The notes under the pieces were generated by a model that worked only from the letters and a program-made list of their open reading frames with translations, ran no database searches and was not told the origin of the DNA. A stretch of 64,000 bases of DNA, from contig JBDRRS010000014.1 in NCBI GenBank assembly GCA_043825615.1, positions 31,029-95,028 of the forward strand, read 5' to 3'. How positions within the stretch are numbered: position 1 is the stretch's first letter; each line of letters begins with the position of its first letter. Below, piece after piece: positions 47,181 through 55,260 of this stretch. The DNA comes from a bacterium. GTDB taxonomy: Bacteria > CG03. A program made the translations under genes and the position numbers.

Positions 47181-47357
47181 ACACTTAACTTTACAAAAAA
47201 ATATTTTATTCTGTCAACGGGCGGGGAGGCCTCTGGGGGGGGTACCCCGCACCACCGGAAAGCCATCCGCCGGATAAACCCGTTGTGCTTGGCTGCAATG
47301 ATTAATATCCAAACAGACGGAGTGTTTACAAGAAAGGGCCTTTCGGGATTTTGCCTC

Positions 47358-47414
47358 TTGACAGGATTTTGTTTTCAAATTATAATATTACCAAAGCGGT
47401 AATTTTGGTAATTA
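47358..47414 (+). promoter_or_regulatory. Sigma70 consensus promoter (TTGACA-N17-TATAAT) followed by the inverted repeat ATTACCAAA-N8-TTTGGTAAT. Candidate Rrf2 operator.
   Basis: ttgaca 47358-47363 and tataat 47381-47386. Inverted-repeat arms 47387-47395 and 47404-47412. SD ggagg 47418-47422. ATG 47428. Confidence 0.5.
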
Positions 47415-47427
47415 ATGGAGGCGGGTA

Positions 47428-47874
47428 ATGAAACTTTCTACGAAAGGGCGTTATGGAGCCAGAGCAATGCTGGAACTGGCGCTTAATTATGAAAAGGGTA
47501 CTATGCTGCTTCGGGACATTGCCCATAGACAGGAAATTTCGGAAAGTTATCTTGAACGAATGATGACCGCTTTGGTTTCTGCCGGTTTGGTAAGAAGTTT
47601 ACGCGGACAGCATGGAGGGTTTATTTTAGCAAAGCCGCCGGGCGAAATCAGGCTGAGTAAAATAATTCAGGTTGTGGAGGGTTCGCTTTCTCCGTCTCCG
47701 TGCGTTGACGACCCGAAGCTGTGTAAACGGGTTAATATCTGTGTTACCCGCGATATATGGAGGAGGTTAAAAGAAGCAATGGCAGATATTCTGGATTCAA
47801 TAACTTTGAAGGATATGGTGAATATGCAGAAGAATAAGTGCGCGGGATTAGATGAGCAAATGTATTATATTTAG
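47428..47874 (+). CDS. Rrf2-family transcriptional regulator (CymR/IscR-like)
   Basis: MKLSTKGRYGARAMLELAL...LRDIAHRQEISESYLERMMTAL is the Rrf2 wHTH. It sits upstream of cysK, as CymR does in Firmicutes. Confidence 0.75.
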   Translation: MKLSTKGRYGARAMLELALNYEKGTMLLRDIAHRQEISESYLERMMTALVSAGLVRSLRGQHGGFILAKPPGEIRLSKIIQVVEGSLSPSPCVDDPKLCKRVNICVTRDIWRRLKEAMADILDSITLKDMVNMQKNKCAGLDEQMYYI

Positions 47875-47976
47875 AAAAAAGAATGACGGAGATGGAGCCG
47901 CCGGCGGCGGGTGAAGAGCACAATCAGGGGCCCTATTGAGTCGAGCAGGCACGAATTAAGTATAGAAGGGGGAAGT

Positions 47977-48903
47977 ATGGCGAAAATAGCGGATAGCGTT
48001 CTTGGTTTGATTGGAAACACCCCGCTGGTCAGGTTAAGGAAAATAACTGCCGGCGCAGGAGCTGAGATTGTCGGGAAACTTGAATTTTTCAATCCCTGCG
48101 GGAGTGTGAAAGACCGTATCGGCGTGAGTATGATTAATGAAGCGGAAAAGCAGGGCTTACTAAAAAAAGGTTCCGTGATTGTCGAACCGACCAGCGGTAA
48201 CACCGGTATTGCGCTTGCTTTTGTGTGCGCGGTTAAGGGATACCGTTTGATTCTTACAATGCCGGATACGATGAGCATTGAGAGGAGAACGATGCTCAAG
48301 GCATTTGGCGCCGAAATAATTTTGACTCCCGGCAGTGAGGGAATGAAAGGGGCTATTGATAAGGCCGGAGAAATTACAAAGAAGAACAGCAAAGCATTTA
48401 TGCCCCAGCAGTTTAAAAATCCCGCCAATCCCGAAATCCACCGGAAAACCACTGCACTGGAAATCTGGAGGGACACGGACGGGAAGGCGGACATTCTTGT
48501 TTCAGGCGTGGGAACCGGCGGAACAATTACAGGGATAGCCGAAGTAATAAAAAAGAAAAAGCCGGAATTCAAAGTTATTGCCGTTGAACCGGCGGATTCA
48601 GCGGTTCTTTCCGGCGGCCCTGCGGGTCCGCACAAGATTCAGGGAATAGGCGCCGGTTTTATCCCGGATGTTTTGAACAGAGAAGTTATTGATGAAATAA
48701 TAACGGTTGAAAATGAAGATGCGATAGAAACCGCGAGGAAACTCGCAAAAGAAGAAGGGATATTTGCCGGAATTTCCTCCGGAGCGGCTGTTTATGCGGC
48801 AATAAAAATTGCCGGACGAAAGGAAAATAAGGGAAAACTGATTGTTGTGATTCTTCCCGATTTAGGAGACAGGTATTTATCGACGGAGGTGTTTAATGTT
48901 TAG
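47977..48903 (+). CDS. cysK: Cysteine synthase A (O-acetylserine sulfhydrylase)
   Basis: IGNTPLVRL, the PLP-lysine region NPCGSVKDR, and [10 protein letters not shown]. The longest ORF starts at 47911. The ATG at 47977 has SD gaaggggga. Confidence 0.85.
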   Translation: MAKIADSVLGLIGNTPLVRLRKITAGAGAEIVGKLEFFNPCGSVKDRIGVSMINEAEKQGLLKKGSVIVEPTSGNTGIALAFVCAVKGYRLILTMPDTMSIERRTMLKAFGAEIILTPGSEGMKGAIDKAGEITKKNSKAFMPQQFKNPANPEIHRKTTALEIWRDTDGKADILVSGVGTGGTITGIAEVIKKKKPEFKVIAVEPADSAVLSGGPAGPHKIQGIGAGFIPDVLNREVIDEIITVENEDAIETARKLAKEEGIFAGISSGAAVYAAIKIAGRKENKGKLIVVILPDLGDRYLSTEVFNV

Positions 48904-49014
48904 AAGTAAAATTATCATGGCGAGATGGAACAGCTTATGGCTGATGCGATGCCCCGTATGGGGCCAAGCGACAGGGGATTACAGACGAGTGAGAAAGTAT
49001 AAAGGAGTATAAAA

Positions 49015-50223
49015 ATGGCGAAGACGATTTCCGAAATAAATGAAAAAATAAAGAAAGGTGAAGCGGTTGTATTAACTGCCGAGGAGATGACGGACTTTGT
49101 AAGTAAAAAAGGGGCAAAGACCGCAGCGAAGGAAGTGGACGTCGTAACAACAGGGACATTCGGCCCGATGTGTTCCAGCGGGATGTATCTTAATATAGGA
49201 CATTCCAAGCCGAAGATAAAACTGGGGGGAGGGTCCTGCACACTTAACGATGTTCCGGCTTATTGCGGTTTTGCCGCAGTAGATATTTATCTCGGATGCA
49301 CGCATCTGCCCGACGATGACCCGCGTAACAAGGTCTATCCGGGCGAATTCAAGTACGGCGGAGGTCATGTGATAGAGGATTTTGTCGCCGGCAAGGATAT
49401 CAAGCTTATTGCCGCGGCGTACGGCACTGATTGCTATCCAAGAAGGAAACTGGAGACATTGATAAACATCAAGGATGTAAATGAGGCTGTTCTTTTCAAT
49501 CCGCGGAACGTATACCAGAATTACAACGTGGCGGTCAATTTAAGCGACAAAATAATTTACACCTACATGGGCGCGCTGAAACCGAATCTGGGTAATGCAA
49601 ATTACTGCAGCGCCGGTCAGCTGTCGCCCCTGCTGAACGACCCTCTGTACAAAACTACAGGAATCGGAACAAAGATTTTTCTCGGCGGCGGCACCGGTTA
49701 TGTTGTGTGGCAGGGAACCCAGCACAACCCGACTGTCAAAAGAAGGGAAAACGGCGTCCCGGTATCTCCCGCAGGAACGCTTGCCGTTATCGGGGATTTG
49801 AAAGAAATGTCTTCCGAATGGCTTAAAGGAACAAGCATGTTCGGTTACGGTGCAACTCTTACGGTGGGAATAGGCATACCCATTCCGATAATCAACGAGG
49901 AAATTGCCGTATACGCGGCAGTTAAAGATGATGACATTTTTGCTCCGATTGTTGATTACAGCGAAGCGTATCCAAATGCAAAACCCGGGAATTTAGGCGA
50001 GGTTTCTTACGCCCGGTTGAAGAGCGGAAAGATTACTGTTCAGGGGAAGGATGTCGCAACAGCTCCTCTATCCAGTTATTCAAAAGCAAAAGAAATTGCG
50101 GAGATTTTAAAAGAGCGGATAAAAAAAGGGCAATTCTTATTGACTGAACAGGTTGCTTCTATTCCCGGACCTGACTCAGGACTGAAATTCAAACCGCTTA
50201 AGGAAAGACCGCTGGAGCAGTAA
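49015..50223 (+). CDS. DUF39 / COG1900 protein (homolog of the methanogen L-aspartate-semialdehyde sulfurtransferase for homocysteine biosynthesis)
   Basis: 402 aa. The conserved DUF39 core has multiple Cys (GPMCSSGMYLN, GGGSCTLNDVPAYCGF). A NIL-ferredoxin partner gene is immediately downstream. Confidence 0.65.
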   Translation: MAKTISEINEKIKKGEAVVLTAEEMTDFVSKKGAKTAAKEVDVVTTGTFGPMCSSGMYLNIGHSKPKIKLGGGSCTLNDVPAYCGFAAVDIYLGCTHLPDDDPRNKVYPGEFKYGGGHVIEDFVAGKDIKLIAAAYGTDCYPRRKLETLINIKDVNEAVLFNPRNVYQNYNVAVNLSDKIIYTYMGALKPNLGNANYCSAGQLSPLLNDPLYKTTGIGTKIFLGGGTGYVVWQGTQHNPTVKRRENGVPVSPAGTLAVIGDLKEMSSEWLKGTSMFGYGATLTVGIGIPIPIINEEIAVYAAVKDDDIFAPIVDYSEAYPNAKPGNLGEVSYARLKSGKITVQGKDVATAPLSSYSKAKEIAEILKERIKKGQFLLTEQVASIPGPDSGLKFKPLKERPLEQ

Positions 50224-50224
50224 A

Positions 50225-50632
50225 ATGGTTACCGAACGAATTGTATTGAAATTTCCGAAGCGTGTGGTTGACCAGCCTGTCATATGCCGTCTGGTAAAAG
50301 AATACGACCTTGAATTCAACATCCTCAAAGCTTATATTACACCGCAGGAAGAGGGTCTAATGGTTCTGGAACTGAAAGGAGAGGATGAAAACTACAGGAA
50401 AGGAATAGATTATTTGAAGGGCACAGGCGTGAAAGTTCAGTTGCTGAGCAGTGATATAATTCGCAATGACGCAAGATGTACCCATTGCGGTGTTTGTATA
50501 TCTGTATGTCCGACAGGCGCGCTGGTTATTGATTCTGTTACCCGCAAAGTTCGTTTCCATAATGAAAAATGTATTGCCTGCGAACTCTGTGTTCCCGCCT
50601 GTCCGGTGAGAGCAATGGAAGTAAGTTTTTAA
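50225..50632 (+). CDS. NIL-domain plus 2x[4Fe-4S] ferredoxin protein (MA1822-like partner of DUF39)
   Basis: 135 aa. Two CxxCxxCxxxCP motifs (CTHCGVCISVCP, CIACELCVPACP) after an N-terminal NIL-like domain. Start lies 2 nt after the DUF39 stop. Confidence 0.65.
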   Translation: MVTERIVLKFPKRVVDQPVICRLVKEYDLEFNILKAYITPQEEGLMVLELKGEDENYRKGIDYLKGTGVKVQLLSSDIIRNDARCTHCGVCISVCPTGALVIDSVTRKVRFHNEKCIACELCVPACPVRAMEVSF

Positions 50633-50638
50633 TTTAGA

Positions 50639-50947
50639 GTGGACATCCTGGAAAAAATAGCAGAACTTAAAAGTCAGGGGAAGAAAGGGGCATTGGCTAC
50701 AGTGGTTGACACGAAGGGTTCAACGCCCAGGAAAGCCGGCGCAAAGATGCTGGTTTTGGAAGACGGAACCTTTTCAGGTTCCATTTGCGGGGGTTGTGTC
50801 GAGGCGGAGGTTTATCAGGAGGCCTGCCGGGTATTGAAAGACGGAGAGCCGAAAGTATTAGAGTTCAAACTTAACGAGAGAGAAATGCCGGAAGAAAGCG
50901 GTTTGATTTGCGGAGGAATAATGAAAATATTTATTGAACCGATATGA
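50639..50947 (+). CDS. XdhC/CoxI N-terminal-domain-only protein
   Basis: 102 aa. GALATVVDTKGSTPRKAGAKMLV...GSICGGCVEAEV matches the XdhC_CoxI N-domain. GTG start. Confidence 0.5.
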   Translation: MDILEKIAELKSQGKKGALATVVDTKGSTPRKAGAKMLVLEDGTFSGSICGGCVEAEVYQEACRVLKDGEPKVLEFKLNEREMPEESGLICGGIMKIFIEPI

Positions 50948-51702
50948 GAGGGGGAAATAAGATGCTTAAAGACAAAATTCTTTTAGGGAAATCCGGAGAA
51001 AATGTTGCGGAGCTTGTAGAAAAGTTGAATTTTGCCGAGAAGGTTGAAAGGTCTCTTGAATTAATAGATGCTGCTTATAAGGAATTCGGCGACGGGCTCG
51101 TTGTGGCGAACAGTTTAGGAAAGGACTCAAGCGCAGTCTGGCATCTTGCAAAAAGAGTTAGTCCGAAAATAAAAGGATTTATTGTTACAACACGTTTTAA
51201 ACCGGACGAGACAAAACAGTTTATGAAAGAAGAAGTCGGCAGGTATTCCGAATTAAGGGTTTTTAAAAATGATGAAGAAGTTCCCGAAAAACTTTATGAA
51301 ACCGACCCTGACCGCTGCTGCGATATTCTAAAAGTCAAACCCACCCGTCAGGCAATCGAAGAGATGAATGTAACCTGCTGGGTCACAGGTCTCAGATGCA
51401 CCGAGGGAAGAACCAGAACGGACTTTAAAGAAGTTGAAGAGAGGGATAAGGGGCTTCTTAAACTTAACCCGATTCTCATCTGGTATGAGCGGGAAATATG
51501 GCAGTATCTGGCTCTGAACAGAGTTATTGTCAATCCTCTTTATGCGAAGGGCTACAGATCTCTTGGATGCGCTCCGTGCACAAAAATTACATCCGGCATA
51601 GATGAGCGTGCAGGCAGATGGGTTAATACAAGCAAGTGCGGGGGAGAATGCGGAATACACACTCAACCCCTGAAGACAAATGTGGACGGTGACGGGATTT
51701 GA
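50944..51702 (+). CDS. PAPS/APS reductase-family protein (CysH-like, PP-loop ATP-pyrophosphatase fold)
   Basis: PP-loop-like SLGKDSS and a C-terminal Cys cluster (RSLGCAPCT...CGGECG). 252 aa. Confidence 0.65.
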   Translation: MRGGNKMLKDKILLGKSGENVAELVEKLNFAEKVERSLELIDAAYKEFGDGLVVANSLGKDSSAVWHLAKRVSPKIKGFIVTTRFKPDETKQFMKEEVGRYSELRVFKNDEEVPEKLYETDPDRCCDILKVKPTRQAIEEMNVTCWVTGLRCTEGRTRTDFKEVEERDKGLLKLNPILIWYEREIWQYLALNRVIVNPLYAKGYRSLGCAPCTKITSGIDERAGRWVNTSKCGGECGIHTQPLKTNVDGDGI

Positions 51703-51708
51703 TGGTAA

Positions 51709-52677
51709 ATGGTGAAGTATAGTTTTCTTACATTGCTGGTAATCCTGTTTGCAATGAATATGGGCGGCAGCGGTATTGCGCCTTCTTTTGCGGCAAGTTA
51801 CGGCAGTAAAATAATTAAGAAGAAATTTGCCGTAATTCTATTTACAATATTTGTATTTCTGGGAGCGGTTACAGTCGGCAGAAATGTCGTTAAAACTTTA
51901 AGCAGCGGCATAATATCACCGGAATTTATTAATTTTGATGTTGCGTTAATCATAATTCTGTCTGCAACATTAACTCTCGCTCTGGCGAATTTCCTGAGGA
52001 TACCGGAATCCACAAGCATGGTAACAGTCGGAGCGATAGTAGGAACCGGTGTATTTTTCGGCAATGTCCATTTGAAACTTTTGTACCGGATGCTGTTGCT
52101 ATGGATTACTTTTCCGGTCGTATCATATTTTTTAACATACTGGCTGTATAAAATAGTCTATCCGCCTTCTAACAGGAATTTATGGATTTATGAAAAGTTC
52201 CTTATAAAAGAGAAAAATTTCAGAATATTCACCATAATTGCGAGCTGTTACGGCGCATTTGCCGTCGGAACGAATAATGTCGCCAATGCAATAGGGCCTC
52301 TGGTCGGCGCTGAACTTGTAACTCCTTCTATGGGATTATTGCTGGTTACTCCGTTTCTGGGGCTTGGAGGTCTTCTCTTTGGAAAGAGAACGATTGAAAC
52401 CTTCAGTAATGAAATTGTTCCTCTGGGAAATATTTCCGCGCCCTTGATTGTATTTGTTACCGGAACTCTGCTTATTTTAGCATCGGCTCTCGGCTTTCCT
52501 TATCCGTATGTGCAACTTACTGCATTGTCTATTTTAGCAATCAGCAGCGTCAAAAACGGATATAAACATACAATGCGCCAGAACGTGGTCAGGAAAATCT
52601 TCAAAATATGGGCCGTCACTCCTTTGTTTTCCGCAGGCCTGGCGTTTTTGCTTCTAACAATATTTTTCAGGAGATAG
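51709..52677 (+). CDS. PiT-family anion permease (phosphate/sulfate transporter, CysP-like)
   Basis: 322 aa with about 9 TM helices. The N-terminus NMGGSGIAPSFAASYGS and the internal repeat GTNNVANAIGPL are PHO4/PiT signatures. Confidence 0.65.
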   Translation: MVKYSFLTLLVILFAMNMGGSGIAPSFAASYGSKIIKKKFAVILFTIFVFLGAVTVGRNVVKTLSSGIISPEFINFDVALIIILSATLTLALANFLRIPESTSMVTVGAIVGTGVFFGNVHLKLLYRMLLLWITFPVVSYFLTYWLYKIVYPPSNRNLWIYEKFLIKEKNFRIFTIIASCYGAFAVGTNNVANAIGPLVGAELVTPSMGLLLVTPFLGLGGLLFGKRTIETFSNEIVPLGNISAPLIVFVTGTLLILASALGFPYPYVQLTALSILAISSVKNGYKHTMRQNVVRKIFKIWAVTPLFSAGLAFLLLTIFFRR

Positions 52678-52679
52678 AA

Positions 52680-53480
52680 GTGATATATTTAGAGAAAAAA
52701 CAGTTCAGCCGGATGATAGAACATTGTCAAAAAGAGTATCCTAAGGAGGCATGTGGAATTCTTGCCGGGAAAGCTTGTCCTGAGCGGGGCCGAAGGGATG
52801 AAAGGGTATCAAAGGTGTATAAAATGGTTAATACCTCGGAGAAACCTGAAATCTGTTATTTTATGGAACCTAAAGAGCAATTAAAAGTATTTAAAGAAAT
52901 GCGTCGGCTCGGTGTAGAGATGTTAGGAATATATCACTCTCATTCGGAGACTTTAGCCTATCCGTCAAAACGGGATTGCGAAATGGCATTCTATCCTGAA
53001 GCATCTTATGTGATCGTTTCGTTACAGGATTTTAATAAACCTGATGTGCGGGCTTTTAAAATTATGGAAGATAAAATTGATGAGGAACAAGTTGTGGTGA
53101 GAAAAAACATTCTTTTTGTCTGTGTAGAGAATTCATGCAGGAGCCAGATAGCAGAAGCGATAGTTAATAATCTTCACCGGCAGAAATTTGTCGCTTACAG
53201 CGCAGGCTCAAAGCCTTCCGGCGCCGTGAATCCGTTGGCAATAGAAGTAATGAAGGAAATAGGAATCGATATTTCCGGGCAAAAAAGCAAGGGCTTTGAT
53301 ACAGTCGGAGATATAGAATTTGACTATGTAATAACCATGGGCTGCGGTGATTCTTGCCCTGTTTATCCTGCAAAAGAGAGTTTTGACTGGCAGATAGATG
53401 ACCCGAAGAATAAACCAATAGAGTTTTTTCGAAAGGTGAGAGATGAGATTCAAAGAAAAATTCAGGAGTTGTTAAAATGA
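52680..53480 (+). CDS. Fusion protein: JAMM/MPN+ metalloprotease (Mec+/CysO-cleaving type) plus an LMW-PTP-family arsenate reductase (ArsC, thioredoxin-coupled type) domain
   Basis: JAMM motifs EACGIL ... HSHSETLAYPSKRD. The C-terminal half aligns with B. subtilis-type ArsC (FVCVENSCRSQIAEA, TMGCGDSCP, FFRKVRDEIQRKI). GTG start has SD aggaga 6 nt upstream. The longest ORF begins at 52608. Confidence 0.65.
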   Translation: MIYLEKKQFSRMIEHCQKEYPKEACGILAGKACPERGRRDERVSKVYKMVNTSEKPEICYFMEPKEQLKVFKEMRRLGVEMLGIYHSHSETLAYPSKRDCEMAFYPEASYVIVSLQDFNKPDVRAFKIMEDKIDEEQVVVRKNILFVCVENSCRSQIAEAIVNNLHRQKFVAYSAGSKPSGAVNPLAIEVMKEIGIDISGQKSKGFDTVGDIEFDYVITMGCGDSCPVYPAKESFDWQIDDPKNKPIEFFRKVRDEIQRKIQELLK

Positions 53481-54631
53481 ATTTTATTCTTTTAGGGATT
53501 AGTCATAAAACCGCTCCGGTAAAAGTGAGGGAGAGATACTCATTTTCTAAAAAGCGGCTTTCAGAGACTTTGATTAGATTATCCAGGAATAAAATGATAG
53601 ATGAAGTGGTGCTCCTTTGCACCTGCAATCGAACAGAAATATATGCAAACACACTTGCCCGCCGCGACTTGGCAGGCGGGGATTTTACAGATGCGGCGAA
53701 AAAATCTTTATACAGCGAATTACGCCGTGCCTGCCGGCAGGCAGGAACTACGAACTACCCCACGACTTCGCTTAGGGCAGGCGAATTACAATACTTTTAT
53801 TTCCTGCAAAACAAGGATGTGATCAAACATCTTTTCAGGGTTGGTGCAGGTCTTGATTCTCAGGTTATTGGAGAAAGCCAGATTCTGGGACAGGTGAAAA
53901 ATGCATATTTCCATGCAAAAGAACTGGGAACAACAGGGAAATATTTCTATAAGCTGTTTCAGAAAGCAATAGAAGCAGGCAAGATTGTACACAGGACAAC
54001 TAAAATATCTGAGGGGAATATTTCTATTGGTACTGTTGCATTGAGGATGGCTGAGAATTTATTGGGAACTTTGAATGGAAAGAAGATTTTGATAATTGGA
54101 ACAGGAAAAACCGGCGAATTAGCAGCTAAATATCTGGCAGATAGAGGAATATCCGGATCCTTTGTTGCTAATAGAACCCATGAAAAGGCAATAGAACTCG
54201 CAGCAAAAATTGGCGGCAGAGCAGTCGGATTTAATAATCTGAAAAATGAAATTAAAGATACAGACATCATTATCAGCGCCACAGCCAGTCCGCATTTGAT
54301 TTTGAAAAAAGAGATGATTAGAGAGATTATGAGTCTTCGCAGAAAACCTCTTTGTTTAATGGACCTGGCATTACCGCGTGATATAGACCCTGAAATAAAA
54401 TGTATTAATAATGTGAGTTTGTGCAATTTAGATGACTTTAATTTAATAATTGAAGAGAATTATAGAAAAAGAGTTCAAGAGGCAAAAAAAGCAGAAGAGA
54501 TTATAAAAGAAGAGGTGAAAAAATTTTGGAAATGTCTAAACGAACCACGAACAACCCCTCGACTTCGCTCGGGGCAGGCGAATTACGAACCACGGTTAGA
54601 ATCGGCACCCGTCCGAGCCGGCTTGCTTTAA
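53477..54631 (+). CDS. hemA: Glutamyl-tRNA reductase, with an in-frame repeat insertion and a repeat-derived C-terminus
   Basis: Active-site region VLLCTCNRTEIY, then HLFRVGAGLDSQVIGESQILGQ, and the NADPH-binding ILIIGTGKTGE. There is about 17 aa of extra sequence between the catalytic Cys region and the HLFRV block. Confidence 0.8.
   Translation: MNFILLGISHKTAPVKVRERYSFSKKRLSETLIRLSRNKMIDEVVLLCTCNRTEIYANTLARRDLAGGDFTDAAKKSLYSELRRACRQAGTTNYPTTSLRAGELQYFYFLQNKDVIKHLFRVGAGLDSQVIGESQILGQVKNAYFHAKELGTTGKYFYKLFQKAIEAGKIVHRTTKISEGNISIGTVALRMAENLLGTLNGKKILIIGTGKTGELAAKYLADRGISGSFVANRTHEKAIELAAKIGGRAVGFNNLKNEIKDTDIIISATASPHLILKKEMIREIMSLRRKPLCLMDLALPRDIDPEIKCINNVSLCNLDDFNLIIEENYRKRVQEAKKAEEIIKEEVKKFWKCLNEPRTTPRLRSGQANYEPRLESAPVRAGLL
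53745..53789 (+). repeat. Intragenic 45-bp repeat, copy 1 (inside hemA, in frame)
   Basis: gaactacgaactaccccacgacttcgcttagggcaggcgaattac. Flanked upstream by a second gcgaattac at 53716-53724. Confidence 0.45.
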
Positions 54632-55260
54632 AGCAGGCGGAGGAAGCAGCGGAGATGTTGAATGATTGTGAAATCAGGTTTGAGGTAAAAACATATAATA
54701 CTTCAGGAGATATGGATAAGACCACTCCGATTTCAGAAATTGACGGGTCTGATTTTTTTACGGACTTTCTTGAAAAAGCATTATTAAACGGTGAAATAGA
54801 TATAGCCGTGCATAGCGCTAAAGATTTACCTGATAAAATATCCGACGGACTGGTTATTGCTGCTGTAACCAGGTCAATAGACCCGTATGATGTGTTAATT
54901 TCCAAAAACAATTTAAGTTTAAGCGAACTTCCAAATGGCGCAAAAATCGCAACAAGCAGTATTCGGCGTAAAGAGCAGTTAAAAAAATACAGACCTGATT
55001 TTCAGATTCTGGATATTAGGGGCAATATTGAGGAACGTTTAGCAAAATTGGATAACAGTAACCTGGACGGCATTGTAATTGCCGCCGCCGGATTAATCCG
55101 TTTAGGTCTGGAAAACAGGATAACTCAAAAGATTCCTTTTGAAATTCTTGTGCCTCACCCTATGCAGGGAGCGCTGGCAATAGAGACACGTAAGGATAAT
55201 GAAGAAATGATTAACAGGGTGAAAAAACTGGACACAAGACATATTGAGAAGAAAAGATGA
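54526..55260 (+). CDS. hemC: Porphobilinogen deaminase (hydroxymethylbilane synthase)
   Basis: IGTRPSRLALKQAEE core, 244 aa. The N-terminal 20 aa are encoded by the repeat element. The start is ATG 54526 or 54532. It overlaps the hemA 3' end by about 100 bp in another frame. Confidence 0.8.
   Translation: MEMSKRTTNNPSTSLGAGELRTTVRIGTRPSRLALKQAEEAAEMLNDCEIRFEVKTYNTSGDMDKTTPISEIDGSDFFTDFLEKALLNGEIDIAVHSAKDLPDKISDGLVIAAVTRSIDPYDVLISKNNLSLSELPNGAKIATSSIRRKEQLKKYRPDFQILDIRGNIEERLAKLDNSNLDGIVIAAAGLIRLGLENRITQKIPFEILVPHPMQGALAIETRKDNEEMINRVKKLDTRHIEKKR
54542..54595 (+). repeat. Intragenic 45-bp repeat, copy 2 plus a partial third unit (spans the hemA 3' end and the hemC 5' end)
   Basis: gaaccacgaacaacccctcgacttcgctcggggcaggcgaattac followed by gaaccacgg. 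About 40/45 identical to copy 1 in the same orientation. Confidence 0.45.

Noticed and set aside
53601-53822. Small ORFs 53601-53822 and 53786-53992 inside hemA
   Set aside because: Alternative-frame readings through the 45-bp repeat inside a well-supported hemA frame.
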